Origin: Pseudoduganella sp.
Lineage (GTDB): Bacteria; Pseudomonadota; Gammaproteobacteria; Burkholderiales; Burkholderiaceae_D
Reading direction: 5' to 3'
Assembly: GCA_039593645.1 (NCBI GenBank)
Contig: JBCNOX010000001.1
Span: 1-48,581, forward strand
DNA: 48,581 nucleotides
Shown: positions 39,180-48,581 of the stretch, piece by piece
Layout: each line of letters begins with the position of its first letter
How positions within the stretch are numbered: position 1 is the stretch's first letter
Position numbers and translations under genes: made by a program
The notes under the pieces: generated by a model
What the model was told of the DNA's origin: nothing
Databases searched by the model: none
Seen by the model: the letters and a program-made list of their open reading frames with translations, nothing else

Positions 39180-39695
39180 ATGATTGCAATCCTGGAGGAA
39201 CGTTTCAGCAAGAACATGCAGCGCCACGCAGGCCTGGCCTGGGACACAGTACGGGCCAGGCTTGACGAGAACAAGTTGAAAGTATTGGCGGAAATGGAGC
39301 GCACCGGTGGCGAGCCGGACGTTGTCGGCGTTGACCCGGCGACGGGCGAAGTGGTGTTCTGCGATTGTTCGGCGGAAAGCCCGTCAGGGCGGCGTAGCCT
39401 GTGTTTCGACCAGGCCGCCCTGGCTGCACGCAAGGAGAACAAGCCATCCGGCAGCGCGCTGGAAGCGGCGAAGGAGATGGGCATCAGCCTGCTCACCGAG
39501 GCCGAGTACCGTCACTTGCAAACGCTGGGAGAGTTCGACCGCAAGACGTCGAGCTGGGTGCAGACGCCCGCCGATATCCGCAAGCAGGGCGGCGCCTTGT
39601 TCTGCGACCGCCGCTACGGCCACGTCTTCCTCTACCACAATGGCGCCGATTCGTACTACGCGGCGCGCGGCTTTCGCGGCATCCTGCGGGTTTAA
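39180..39695 (+). CDS. DUF4256-like hypothetical protein
   Basis: GAGGAG RBS; EMERTGGEPDV, DCSAESP, KTSSW, YHNGADSYYAARGFRG. Confidence 0.75.
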   Translation: MIAILEERFSKNMQRHAGLAWDTVRARLDENKLKVLAEMERTGGEPDVVGVDPATGEVVFCDCSAESPSGRRSLCFDQAALAARKENKPSGSALEAAKEMGISLLTEAEYRHLQTLGEFDRKTSSWVQTPADIRKQGGALFCDRRYGHVFLYHNGADSYYAARGFRGILRV

Positions 39696-42619
39696 GGCGC
39701 CAGGTAGCGCGCCAGCGTCTGCATCATCTCGTCGATATCGAGCGGTTTGGGGATGAAGTCGTCCATCCCGGCCGCCAGGCAATCGGCGCGCTCGGATTCC
39801 ATGACGCCGGCGGTCATCGCCACGATGGGCAGCTTCAGGCCCAGTTCCTGGCGGATGACGCGGGTCGCGGTATAGCCATCCATGACCGGCATCTGCACGT
39901 CCATCAGGACCAGGCGGTAGGCGTCGGGGGCGGCGCGCAGCATGCGCACTGCTTCCTCGCCGTTATTGGCGACGTCGATGGTGGCGCCGGCGCGTTCGAG
40001 GATGCCGACTGCAACCAGCTGGTTCATGGCATTGTCTTCCACCAGCAGCAGGCGGCCGCTGAGCTGCTGGACAGGCGCGGTGTCGGCCTGCACCTCGTGC
40101 ACCTCGGCCTTGTCCAGCACCTCGTGCACGGTATCGTATAGGGTGGAAGCGGTCACCGGCTTGGTGACCAGGCCCTTGCGGTCGGCATCTTCTTCCAGCA
40201 TCTTGCTGCGCTCATAGGCGCTGACCATGAGGATGACGGGAGCGGCAGGCGTGGCCGTGTGGCGCAGCGCGTCGATGTACTGCCGGTCTGTGGCAGGCAT
40301 GCTCCAGTCGGCGAGTATCACGTCGTAAGGCAAGCCGCGCTGGCCGGCAAGGGACAGCATCCTGTCCGCTTCCGCACCGGAAGAGGCCACGTCGACCGCC
40401 CAGCCCCAGGCTTGCAGCGTCTTGGAAAGGTAGACGCGGCTGGTGAAATGGTCGTCGACCACCAGCACCCGCAATGGCCGTGAACCGGCGCCGGCCGCGG
40501 CCTGCTGCTGCGCGGCCGGCACGGTTCCAAAGGGCAGGGTAACCGTGAACGTGCTGCCTTCGCCGGGATTGCTGTCGAGCGTGATGCTGCCGCCCTGCAG
40601 CTCGACCAGGCGCTGGCAGATCACCAGCCCAAGCCCGGTGCCGCCATACTTGCGGGTGACCGATTCGTCGGCCTGGGCAAAGGGCGCGAACAGGTTCGCC
40701 ATCTGGTCCGGTGAAATGCCGATGCCGGTGTCGCGCACGATGAAGCGCATCACCGTGTGCTGCTCGTCGCATTCCGCGCATTCGACCTTGAGACTGACTT
40801 CGCCGCGCGCCGTGAACTTGATGGCGTTGCTGGTCAGGTTGACCAGGATCTGCTGCAGTCGCAGCGGGTCGCCGACCAGCATGCGCGGCACGTCCGGCTC
40901 GACGCCGATAGCCAGTTCCAGTTCCTTCTCGCCCGCGTTGACGCTCATGATGGTTGAGACGGCGTGCAGGACCGCGTCGAGTTCGAAGTGCGTTGCGTTG
41001 AGCTGGATCTTGCCGGCCTCGATCTTGGAAAAATCGAGAATGTCGTTCAGCAGTGCCAGCAGGGACTGCCCCGACGTGCGCAGCATGGTCAGGTAGCGCC
41101 GCTGTTCCAGCGACAGCGGGGTCGTGGTCATCAGGTGCGCCATGCCCAGCACGGCATTCATCGGCGTGCGCAATTCATGGCTCATATTGGCGAGGAAGGC
41201 GCTCTTGGCGGCATTGGCGGCCTGCGCTTCCTTCACCGCTTCGCGCAAGGCGGCCTGCGACTTCTTCAAGTCGGTGACGTCGCGCAGCACGCCGACGAAG
41301 CGGTATTGGCCTTCGTCGCGAATCGCGCTGATACTCAATTCCACGGTGAACTGGCTGCCATCCTTGCGCAGGGCCGGCAGTTCGACCGCTCCCTTGCCGA
41401 TGACGTGCGGCTCGCCGCCCCCCAGGAAGCGTTGCATGCCCTGGCGGTGCGCTTGATGCAAGGATTCCGGCATCAGGATCTGGATGCTGGACCCGATCGC
41501 TTCTTCCGGGGCGTAGCCAAAGATCTCACTGGCCGCGCGATTGAAAGTTTCGATCCGGCCCTGCTCGTCGATGGTGATGATGCCTTCTCCCACGCTTTCG
41601 ACGACGGTGCTGATGCGCACGTTGGCGTCCTCGAGCTGGTCCGTCCGTTCATGGATCAGGCCCTCGAGCTGGCGGATTCTACCGCTGATGAACCATGCCA
41701 GCCCGAAGCCCGCCAGCAGCAATACCAGCACGATCCAGGTCAGCCAGGTGATCGACGACAGCAGCTCCTGCAGGATGGAGGCGCGCGGCACGCCGACGGC
41801 GACCGCCCATCCCGTGCGGCTGGAGCGGGTGAAGATCGTATAGACCGGGGTGCCTTCCAGGGTGATGGAGTCGAACACGTCTTCATCGGTTTCGGACAGG
41901 CGCTTGACCAGGCTGGCCGAGGCGGGCTTGCCGACCAGGCGTTCGGAATCGTGGGTGCGCGCGATGATCACGCCTTTGCGGTCGAGAATCGCCAGTACCC
42001 GGTCTTTGGGCAGGGTTTCCGATACCAGAACGCGTCCCAGGTGGCTTGGCTGGTAGCCGACTGAAAGGCAGTACACCACCTGGCCGCCACGGAAAACCGG
42101 AACATGGACCGCGACCAGCGGCTTGCCGGTGACGCCCCCGATGAACACATCCGACACTACCACCTGCCCCGTCTCGAACACGCGCTGGATGCGTTCATGG
42201 CTGCCGGGATCGGGTATCGGTGGCCCGAACGGGCGCAAGGTGTTGAGCAGCTGCACCGAGTCGCGCGTGCTGAGGACAATATTGGAGCCGGGGAAGCCGG
42301 CGTTGACAATGCCGACGGCCTTGCGGTGGAAGCCGGCCAGGTCGCCCTGGTCAAGCTCGGCCGACATGGCCAGGGCGCGTGCGGCAACGATGCCCAGGTC
42401 GAGGTCGCGATCGACAGCTTGCATCATGGAGCGCACTACGAACAGGGAGTCGCGCTCGACCTGGGCCCGCTCACGCGTATAAAAGTGCTGGATCAGCAGG
42501 CCGAAGCCAAGGGTGGCGGGCAGGGTGCATGCCAGCACCAGTGCGAAAAGCATGCGGCGGATGGTGGGCCGTCTCGGTTGCCTGTTGCGAGCCAAGTGCG
42601 TCGTCCTTCTGATGGGCAA
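39692..42619 (-). CDS. Hybrid sensor histidine kinase (Cache-PAS-HisKA-HATPase-REC-REC)
   Basis: Two TMs around a periplasmic domain, PAS (FNRAASEIFGY), FLANMSHELRTPM, GTGLGL and two receiver domains. Start uncertain. Confidence 0.92.
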   Translation of the reverse strand: MPIRRTTHLARNRQPRRPTIRRMLFALVLACTLPATLGFGLLIQHFYTRERAQVERDSLFVVRSMMQAVDRDLDLGIVAARALAMSAELDQGDLAGFHRKAVGIVNAGFPGSNIVLSTRDSVQLLNTLRPFGPPIPDPGSHERIQRVFETGQVVVSDVFIGGVTGKPLVAVHVPVFRGGQVVYCLSVGYQPSHLGRVLVSETLPKDRVLAILDRKGVIIARTHDSERLVGKPASASLVKRLSETDEDVFDSITLEGTPVYTIFTRSSRTGWAVAVGVPRASILQELLSSITWLTWIVLVLLLAGFGLAWFISGRIRQLEGLIHERTDQLEDANVRISTVVESVGEGIITIDEQGRIETFNRAASEIFGYAPEEAIGSSIQILMPESLHQAHRQGMQRFLGGGEPHVIGKGAVELPALRKDGSQFTVELSISAIRDEGQYRFVGVLRDVTDLKKSQAALREAVKEAQAANAAKSAFLANMSHELRTPMNAVLGMAHLMTTTPLSLEQRRYLTMLRTSGQSLLALLNDILDFSKIEAGKIQLNATHFELDAVLHAVSTIMSVNAGEKELELAIGVEPDVPRMLVGDPLRLQQILVNLTSNAIKFTARGEVSLKVECAECDEQHTVMRFIVRDTGIGISPDQMANLFAPFAQADESVTRKYGGTGLGLVICQRLVELQGGSITLDSNPGEGSTFTVTLPFGTVPAAQQQAAAGAGSRPLRVLVVDDHFTSRVYLSKTLQAWGWAVDVASSGAEADRMLSLAGQRGLPYDVILADWSMPATDRQYIDALRHTATPAAPVILMVSAYERSKMLEEDADRKGLVTKPVTASTLYDTVHEVLDKAEVHEVQADTAPVQQLSGRLLLVEDNAMNQLVAVGILERAGATIDVANNGEEAVRMLRAAPDAYRLVLMDVQMPVMDGYTATRVIRQELGLKLPIVAMTAGVMESERADCLAAGMDDFIPKPLDIDEMMQTLARYLAP

Positions 42620-42631
42620 GTTGTAAGTCCG

Positions 42632-42901
42632 TCATGGTATTGTACAGTCGTAAGCCTCGACAGGGCGCTGGATTCCCAGCGCGCGCATGGCCCGATGGGC
42701 AACATCGGCAATATTGGGTTCAGCGGCGCCCCAGCGCTCGAAAGGCGTGCGCAGGATGACAACTATGTCCGGGTCGGGCACCCCGGCCATGGCAAGATAA
42801 GCCCAGGCGTACACGCCGCCGTAGACGAAGTCGATGCAATGGGCATTCAGGACAAGCTGCTCGCCAAAGCGGCTCGCAGGAGGAAACGTGGACGTGCGCA
42901 T
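42632..42901 (-). CDS. Small hypothetical protein (89 aa)
   Basis: ATG ORF filling the gap between the kinase and yciE on the same strand; no recognised motif. Confidence 0.35.
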   Translation of the reverse strand: MRTSTFPPASRFGEQLVLNAHCIDFVYGGVYAWAYLAMAGVPDPDIVVILRTPFERWGAAEPNIADVAHRAMRALGIQRPVEAYDCTIP

Positions 42902-43026
42902 GAAGTTTCATTTCGAAGCTTGCGCACAAGAGCAGGGTGCAGCGGGAATCTGGGCATTGGCATGCGGGGGCAGGGCGCGCCGTAGCAGGAGTCTTACGGC
43001 ACTCTAGCATGCGGCGCGCCCGGACA

Positions 43027-43539
43027 TCAAGTTTTTGCTTCCATTCCGGGTGTCGCGGAGCGCATCAGGAAATTCGCCGTCGTGGTGGGCAGTTGTTGCA
43101 ATAGCCATTCCGCCATGGCCCGCTCCTGCGCCATGATCTGCTCGCAGACCGCCTTGGTCTCCAGGTCGCCCGCTGCCTCGGCCGCGGCAATCAGCACGGT
43201 GTAGCTGGCGATTTCCATCTGCTCGAACACATAGCTGGCCATGGCGCCCTTGACCACTTCATCGCTTGCAAACATGGCAACCGTGCCTTCGCCAAAGGCC
43301 ATCAGCTTGCCGGTCAGGTCTTTCACGGTGGAGGGCGAACTGCCCAGCCGCGCCAGGCAGCCTTCGAGCTGGCTGCGCTGCCAGCGCGTGTCTTCGAGGT
43401 GCTGGGCCACGCGCTGGCGCAGCTCCGGGTAGTGTTCCAGGCGCGAAGCCTGTCCCTCCAGCATCGCTTCGGCCTGCTGTTCCATGGCGTGGGCATCGCG
43501 CAGCCAGTCGGCCAGGTGTTCGTTTGCATGGGTAGTCAT
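43027..43539 (-). CDS. yciE: Ferritin-like DUF892 protein (YciE)
   Basis: WLRDAHAMEQQA, HLEDT, DEVVKG, EIASY; AGGAGG RBS. Confidence 0.88.
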   Translation of the reverse strand: MTTHANEHLADWLRDAHAMEQQAEAMLEGQASRLEHYPELRQRVAQHLEDTRWQRSQLEGCLARLGSSPSTVKDLTGKLMAFGEGTVAMFASDEVVKGAMASYVFEQMEIASYTVLIAAAEAAGDLETKAVCEQIMAQERAMAEWLLQQLPTTTANFLMRSATPGMEAKT

Positions 43540-43647
43540 GGCATCCTCCTTTGGCGGTTTTCGATATGGTAGAAGTGATGCGCGTACTGCGGCATCGGCC
43601 GCGCGGCGGTTCGGTTGTAAGACGTGGACGGCATTTTGAAACCGCCG

Positions 43648-44532
43648 TTATGCTGCCGCGTTTAACTGCCAGGCAGGCATGGGCCGGTTGCTGTCGCTGC
43701 CGGCCTCTTCGCGCGTGACGGCGATCAGGCCGACATCAACCTCCGGCGGGAACAGCTCGATGCCGCGGCGCAGGGCCGCCGCCAGCGGCATGCCTTCCGC
43801 CAGCCAGCGGTACACCGTGTGAGCCAGCAGGTGGCGCATGATGTGTTCCCCGACGCCGGTGGCGGCGACCGCCCCCAGCGGCCCGGCATAGAAGCCGCAG
43901 CCGATGAGGGGCGTGTCACCCACCCGCCCGAGCAGGGCAGGCGCGGTGCCGCCGGTCGATGCCGCCACCGCGAAGTGCCCGTCGCCATCGCGCGCCACGG
44001 CGCCGACCGTATCGCAAGCCTTGGGGTAGTTCCAGTAGCGCGCAAAGGCTGCGTTGTCGACGCCGGGCAGCTCTGGCTGCGCTGACTGCAACTGCTGCTG
44101 CATGTCGCGATGGCTGGCGCGCACCCGTTCGCTGATGTGGGCATAGGGGCCGTGGCCCTGGGCGCGGGCGAAGCGCAACGCACCTTCGGCGCAGAGCAGG
44201 TGATGGGGCGTTTCGCACACGGCGCGCGCAACATGGACCGGGTTGCGCACCAGGCGCAGCGCTGCCACGGCACCAAGCCGGCCGCAGCTGTCCATCACGG
44301 CGGCATCCATTTCGATGGTGGCGCCGTCGAGTCCGAGCACCGATCCGCTGCCTGCGTTGAAGCGGCCATCGTCCTCCATGCGGGCGACGGCGCGTACGGC
44401 GGTATCCAGTGCGCTGCCGTGGCCGTGAAGGATGGCGTAGCCGGCTTGCGCGGCGTCGCGGCAACCGTCCTCCAGCTGGCGGCCGGCGCCGGAGCCGCCA
44501 TGTACCACCAAGGCCCAGGGAGCGATGTTCAC
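43648..44532 (-). CDS. Isoaspartyl peptidase / type-2 L-asparaginase (Ntn hydrolase)
   Basis: VVHGGSG, FNAGSGS, EMDAAVM, DTVGAVA (Thr nucleophile), STGG, GRVGDTP, TGVGE. Probable GTG start at 44532. Confidence 0.9.
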   Translation of the reverse strand: MNIAPWALVVHGGSGAGRQLEDGCRDAAQAGYAILHGHGSALDTAVRAVARMEDDGRFNAGSGSVLGLDGATIEMDAAVMDSCGRLGAVAALRLVRNPVHVARAVCETPHHLLCAEGALRFARAQGHGPYAHISERVRASHRDMQQQLQSAQPELPGVDNAAFARYWNYPKACDTVGAVARDGDGHFAVAASTGGTAPALLGRVGDTPLIGCGFYAGPLGAVAATGVGEHIMRHLLAHTVYRWLAEGMPLAAALRRGIELFPPEVDVGLIAVTREEAGSDSNRPMPAWQLNAAA

Positions 44533-44624
44533 TGGTCGACCTTGCTGTCCAGGAGAAATTGGATGAAATCGGCGAGCGGGCTTTGCATGTGCGCCGTGAA
44601 ACGGGTCACTCGGGCAACCACTGG

Positions 44625-44849
44625 TCAACTGCGCCAGGCGAGGATGTATTCCTCTGCAAGGGAGTGCCCTTCGATGATGGCGGAACGCGGATTTGAAAAC
44701 GGCGGGGTAATCTGCTCGGCCTTCCGGTCCTGCCAGGTCAGGCGTGCGCGGTATCCCTGTTCATCGTGCAGCAGTTTGACTGTGTAAGTGAAGCCATCAA
44801 CGGAAGCCGTGCTCTCGGCTTCCAGATCGCTTGGGACGAGTTCATTCAT
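44625..44849 (-). CDS. Small hypothetical protein (74 aa)
   Basis: GGAGA RBS, ATG, plausible globular sequence, fills an intergenic gap. Confidence 0.5.
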   Translation of the reverse strand: MNELVPSDLEAESTASVDGFTYTVKLLHDEQGYRARLTWQDRKAEQITPPFSNPRSAIIEGHSLAEEYILAWRS

Positions 44850-44933
44850 CCGATCTCTCCGTTTACCAGGCTGGACTACTTTACGCCAGCCTGGCGGGAT
44901 CGTCTGTGCGATCCTTCACGGACTGCTGGGGCG

Positions 44934-46910
44934 TCAGCCCAGCTCGAGGTCGCGCGGCGGCACGAAGAAACTGCGCGGCGCGCGGCGGAAGCGCTGCCAT
45001 ACCAGGCCGGCCAGGGCCCGGCCGCGGCCGAAACTGACGCGGCGCGAACGCAGCGCCACCATCAGGGCCAGCGTGAAGCTGACGGCCAGGTTGGTCAGGG
45101 CGATCAGCGCAATGCCCGACAGCGACAGCAGCCATTGCCCGGTGGTGAGCTGGTAGTCGAGGCCAACCAGTGCAAAAGCGAAATTTGCGCTGGAGAAGGT
45201 GACGTGGCGAATGTCGATCGGTAAACCCAGCATGAAGCCGATGGTGCCGATGGTGCCCAGCATGATGCCGAAGAAGAAATTGCCCGCCAGCGCCCCCAGG
45301 TTGCGGCCGATGTAATCGGTCACGCGCGCCAGGCATTTTTCACCCAGAAGCCAACGCAGCCAGCGCAGCTGGCGCAGGCGCGGTGCGATATCGTTATACG
45401 CTGCCTTGTTGTCGTAGTAGCCCGAAATCAGCCCGGACAGGAACAGGCAGACGCCGGCGATCGCAGCATGCGGCAGGGCCAGGCTGTGCAGCGGATCGAT
45501 ATCGTGCAGCAGGTGCTGCGCCTTTTCCGGGCCCGCCAGGTGCTGGCCGAAGGCGGCCTGCCAGGCGAACGCGATGGCAAACGCGGTGGGCATGGCCAGC
45601 GCCACGTTGCCGACGATGGCCACGAATTGCGAGCGCAGCACCTTGACCACCAGGTCGGCCAGTTCGTCCAGCTTCTTCTGGCCTTCGTCGATGGCGGCGG
45701 CGATGCGGGCCGCCGTCATGGCGGGCTGCTTGGTGGCCACGGTGAAGTGCAGCACGTGGATCAGCATGAAGCCGAGCGAGTAGTTTAGGCTGTACAGCAC
45801 CGCGTAACCGATCGGCGCCAGCAGCAGGCTTGCCATCAGCACCTTGAGGGTGGCCATGAAGCCGACGATGAAGCCGGCGCCGGAGGCGGATCGCATCATC
45901 GACAGCCATTCGGCGCGCGAGCTGGCGACATAGTGCTCGCCCGAGCGGCCGGCGTGTTCGGTCACCTGCAAGGCCAGCAGCTCGGTGTTGGTCTGGAACA
46001 GGTCGGTCAGGCTCAGTTTGCGGTTGTCGGCCTCCACCAGTTGCCGGAACAGGCCGAGCGCGGTGGGCAGCGCTTCCTGCAGCGAGGGCGCTTCCAGCAG
46101 GTCGAGCAGGATGCGCAGGCGGCCGATGCTTTGCGTCAGGCGCAGCAGCAGACGGGTCAGGCTGACCGAGACGCCCTGCACCGAGGCCGCCTTGCGCGCG
46201 CGGCCGATGATTTCTTCGCATTGGGTGAGCAGCACGTCGAGGTGGCGCGCGTCCGGCACTTCGGCTTGCGCATCGACCAGGCGGGCGCGCCAGGCTTCGG
46301 TGAGCTGCACCACTTCGGCATTCTGGCGCAGGAAGGGCGATTCGAACCGTTCGATGTCCGGGTGCACGCGCACCAGTTCCGGCTCGAGGCCGATGGCGCT
46401 GATGCGGTAGGACAGTACCTGCACCGCTTCCAGCAATTCGCCCAGCACTTGGCCTTGCAGCCAGCCATGCTGCGGCAACTGGAGCGCGTTGAGCAGGTCC
46501 AGCCAGACCGATGGCTCCACGCCGTTGACCCACCGGTAATCGTCCTGGTGGTCGAAGACCTGGCCGAACACGTCTTTCAGGTAAGCGTCGTTGACGGTCG
46601 GCGGCAGCCATTTGTGGTTCAGGCGGCGCCATAGCTCGCCAAAGAAACCCTGGTTCTGCAGCACGCCGGTATCGGTGAGCAGGTGCACCAGCTTGCGCTG
46701 CCCGATTATTTCGGCAAGATAGTCGCGCAACGCTTGCGCCCATTCGGACCGCGTGGCAAGGAGGTGCGCGAGGGCACGCAGGCGGTTGGTAGCCTGTTGC
46801 AGGTCATTGGCGTGCCTGGGACGCAAGCTGCCAACCAGTTCCTGCAGCAGGGACGTATCGCGCGAAGGGCCAGTGGCCTGGATGCGCGCCAGTATGCTGT
46901 CCATCATCAT
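44934..46910 (-). CDS. Gcr-type 'site-specific recombinase' family membrane protein
   Basis: GEHY, LNYSLGF, HFTVATKQPAMTA, RSQFVAIVGNV, GLPIDIRHVTFS; helical N-terminus with a multi-TM C-terminus. Start at one of the tandem ATGs 46904-46910. Confidence 0.82.
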   Translation of the reverse strand: MMMDSILARIQATGPSRDTSLLQELVGSLRPRHANDLQQATNRLRALAHLLATRSEWAQALRDYLAEIIGQRKLVHLLTDTGVLQNQGFFGELWRRLNHKWLPPTVNDAYLKDVFGQVFDHQDDYRWVNGVEPSVWLDLLNALQLPQHGWLQGQVLGELLEAVQVLSYRISAIGLEPELVRVHPDIERFESPFLRQNAEVVQLTEAWRARLVDAQAEVPDARHLDVLLTQCEEIIGRARKAASVQGVSVSLTRLLLRLTQSIGRLRILLDLLEAPSLQEALPTALGLFRQLVEADNRKLSLTDLFQTNTELLALQVTEHAGRSGEHYVASSRAEWLSMMRSASGAGFIVGFMATLKVLMASLLLAPIGYAVLYSLNYSLGFMLIHVLHFTVATKQPAMTAARIAAAIDEGQKKLDELADLVVKVLRSQFVAIVGNVALAMPTAFAIAFAWQAAFGQHLAGPEKAQHLLHDIDPLHSLALPHAAIAGVCLFLSGLISGYYDNKAAYNDIAPRLRQLRWLRWLLGEKCLARVTDYIGRNLGALAGNFFFGIMLGTIGTIGFMLGLPIDIRHVTFSSANFAFALVGLDYQLTTGQWLLSLSGIALIALTNLAVSFTLALMVALRSRRVSFGRGRALAGLVWQRFRRAPRSFFVPPRDLELG

Positions 46911-46947
46911 TTGCGACAGCATACTGGCGATCGCGCCCGTTGTCCAA

Positions 46948-48581
46948 TCAGGCGCTGAGCGACGTGTCAAGCCGCTTGCCGGCGATGGTCACATTTTCCA
47001 GCCTGAGGCCGGCCACGTTATGGAGCCACACCGGCTGCGCGGCGTTGACCGGACTGCCGAAGTCGCAGTTGGACACGGTGACGCGGCGCACCGGCAGTAC
47101 AGGCGGCGCGGGTTGCGGGCCGTTATAGTCGCTGGCAACCGGACCGAGGATGGCGATGGCCTGGTAACAGGAGCCGCTAGTGCCGTCTTTGGTCACATTG
47201 CCGACGCTGACATTTTCGATATGCACGTCGGAGACGTCGGGCGGACGGATGCGGACGCTGTCGGCCGATGGCTGGTAGTCGCAGTCGAAAGAGACGACGG
47301 CGCCGGCTGCGGTGGCCAGTCCCCTGGTATCGATCGGGGAGCCAGGCAGCAGCGCATAATGCGAGGGGCTGAGCTGCACCCCGTTTGGGATCTTGACGTT
47401 CTTCACGTAGAAGTGGCGCAGGTAGCCGCCGCGGTTCATGTTGGTCTTCAGGCGGATAGCGATATTCAGCGGGTCGGTTTCCCAGTGCACGTTTTCGAAC
47501 ACCAGGTCGCGCGCGTAGACATGCTCGATGCCGCCGGCCATTTCCGAGCCGAGGGTGACGGCGCCATGGCCGCTGTGCATGGTGCAGCCCTGGATTACGA
47601 TATTGCGTGCCGGGCCGTACTGGATGTCGCGGTTCTTGCCGGCCTTGATGGCGATGCAGTCGTCGCCGGAATCGAGGACGCAGTCTTCCACCAGCACATG
47701 GTCGCAGGCTTCCGGATCGAAGCCGTCGCTGTTCGGGCCCCGGCTTTCGGCGTGGACCTTGCGGATCACCAGGTTCCTGCAGTTCACCGGGTGGTGCTGC
47801 CAGAACGGAGTGTTCTGCACATGGTAGCCTTCGAGCAGTACGTTGCTGCAGTTGATGAAGTGGATCATCGGCGGGCGCAGGTAGTGGCCTTTGCCGAACA
47901 CGCGCTGTTCGACCGGCACGCCGGCTTCGGACAGGGCAGGGAGGTAGCGCTCGTCGCTGCGCCATTTGTCGCCTTCGCCTTCGATCAGCTTGCGCTGCGC
48001 GGTGTCCAGCCCAGGGGCGATTTCCGCCAGCGGCCTGTTGAGCGGATTGGGTACGACCTGCGTCGGTTGGCCTTCCTTGTAACCGGGCGCGGTGGTTTGC
48101 GAGACGGCGTTCATGGTGCGGTTCCTGCCTTTCCAGGACCACCAGCAATCGCCGGCTTCGTTGAAGGCGACGCCGCCCTGGCCGTCCAGTTTCGAAGTCC
48201 AGTCTTCGCCGGTCAGGGCGATGTTCCTGGCGTTGACGGCGTACACCATCGGCGAGTAGTTCAGGCAGTCGTTGCTTTGCCAGCGCGAGAGCGTGAGCTG
48301 GCCGTTCGGGCCGCAGTCGAAGTCGCCGTGGCGGGCGTAGTCTTCCGGGTTTTGCGAAAACAGGAGATGGGCGCCTGCTTGCAAATGGACGTGGACGTTG
48401 GAACGCAGCACCAGCGGGCCGGCGCAGTACCAGTAGCCTTTCGGGATGACGACGCGTCCGCCGCCGGCTGCAGCGCAAGCGTCGATCGCGGCTTTGAAGC
48501 TGGCGTAGCAGTCGTGGGCATTGTCGGCCTGGGTCGGCACCAGCTCCTGGTCGTCGTGGGTGACCCAGGCTTTCACTTGCT
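46948..48581 (-). CDS. Glycoside hydrolase family 28 (polygalacturonase-like), 5' end outside the window
   Basis: NSDG, GDDCIAIK, GHGAVTLGSE and RLK motifs. Confidence 0.92.
   Translation of the reverse strand, partial: QVKAWVTHDDQELVPTQADNAHDCYASFKAAIDACAAAGGGRVVIPKGYWYCAGPLVLRSNVHVHLQAGAHLLFSQNPEDYARHGDFDCGPNGQLTLSRWQSNDCLNYSPMVYAVNARNIALTGEDWTSKLDGQGGVAFNEAGDCWWSWKGRNRTMNAVSQTTAPGYKEGQPTQVVPNPLNRPLAEIAPGLDTAQRKLIEGEGDKWRSDERYLPALSEAGVPVEQRVFGKGHYLRPPMIHFINCSNVLLEGYHVQNTPFWQHHPVNCRNLVIRKVHAESRGPNSDGFDPEACDHVLVEDCVLDSGDDCIAIKAGKNRDIQYGPARNIVIQGCTMHSGHGAVTLGSEMAGGIEHVYARDLVFENVHWETDPLNIAIRLKTNMNRGGYLRHFYVKNVKIPNGVQLSPSHYALLPGSPIDTRGLATAAGAVVSFDCDYQPSADSVRIRPPDVSDVHIENVSVGNVTKDGTSGSCYQAIAILGPVASDYNGPQPAPPVLPVRRVTVSNCDFGSPVNAAQPVWLHNVAGLRLENVTIAGKRLDTSLSA

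Overview
GC-rich betaproteobacterial chromosome segment; gene content and style suggest Oxalobacteraceae (Massilia/Duganella-like), which is an inference. It opens with the conserved trxB(partial)-ftsK-lolA-rarA-serS backbone, interrupted by several small accessory genes, followed by tRNA-Ser(CGA). A 25-bp repeat of the tRNA 3' end recurs exactly 6,900 bp downstream and bounds an integrase-less arsenic islet. Its left arm is arsR-arsC-aquaglyceroporin-arsH, with arsH frameshifted. Its divergent right arm is arsR2, an ArsN2-type GNAT fused to a flavin monooxygenase with a Cys-rich tail, a His-box sterol-desaturase-family membrane enzyme ending in Cys-Cys, and an ArsK-like MFS. This right arm is the best candidate for an undescribed system. 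Next is a TetR-controlled aromatic catabolic operon (extradiol dioxygenase, FAH, MDR reductase, acyl-CoA ligase, MhpA-like hydroxylase, outer-membrane channel) whose operator is visible at both ends. The remainder holds a lone zwf, a LytS/LytTR pair with a TonB receptor, a thermonuclease with an apparent ATT start, LysR with a secreted protein, GST, a ba3-like heme-copper oxidase operon with three multiheme cytochromes, DUF4256, a hybrid kinase, YciE, an isoaspartyl peptidase, a Gcr-type membrane protein and a partial GH28. All family calls come from motif recognition by eye; no searches were run.
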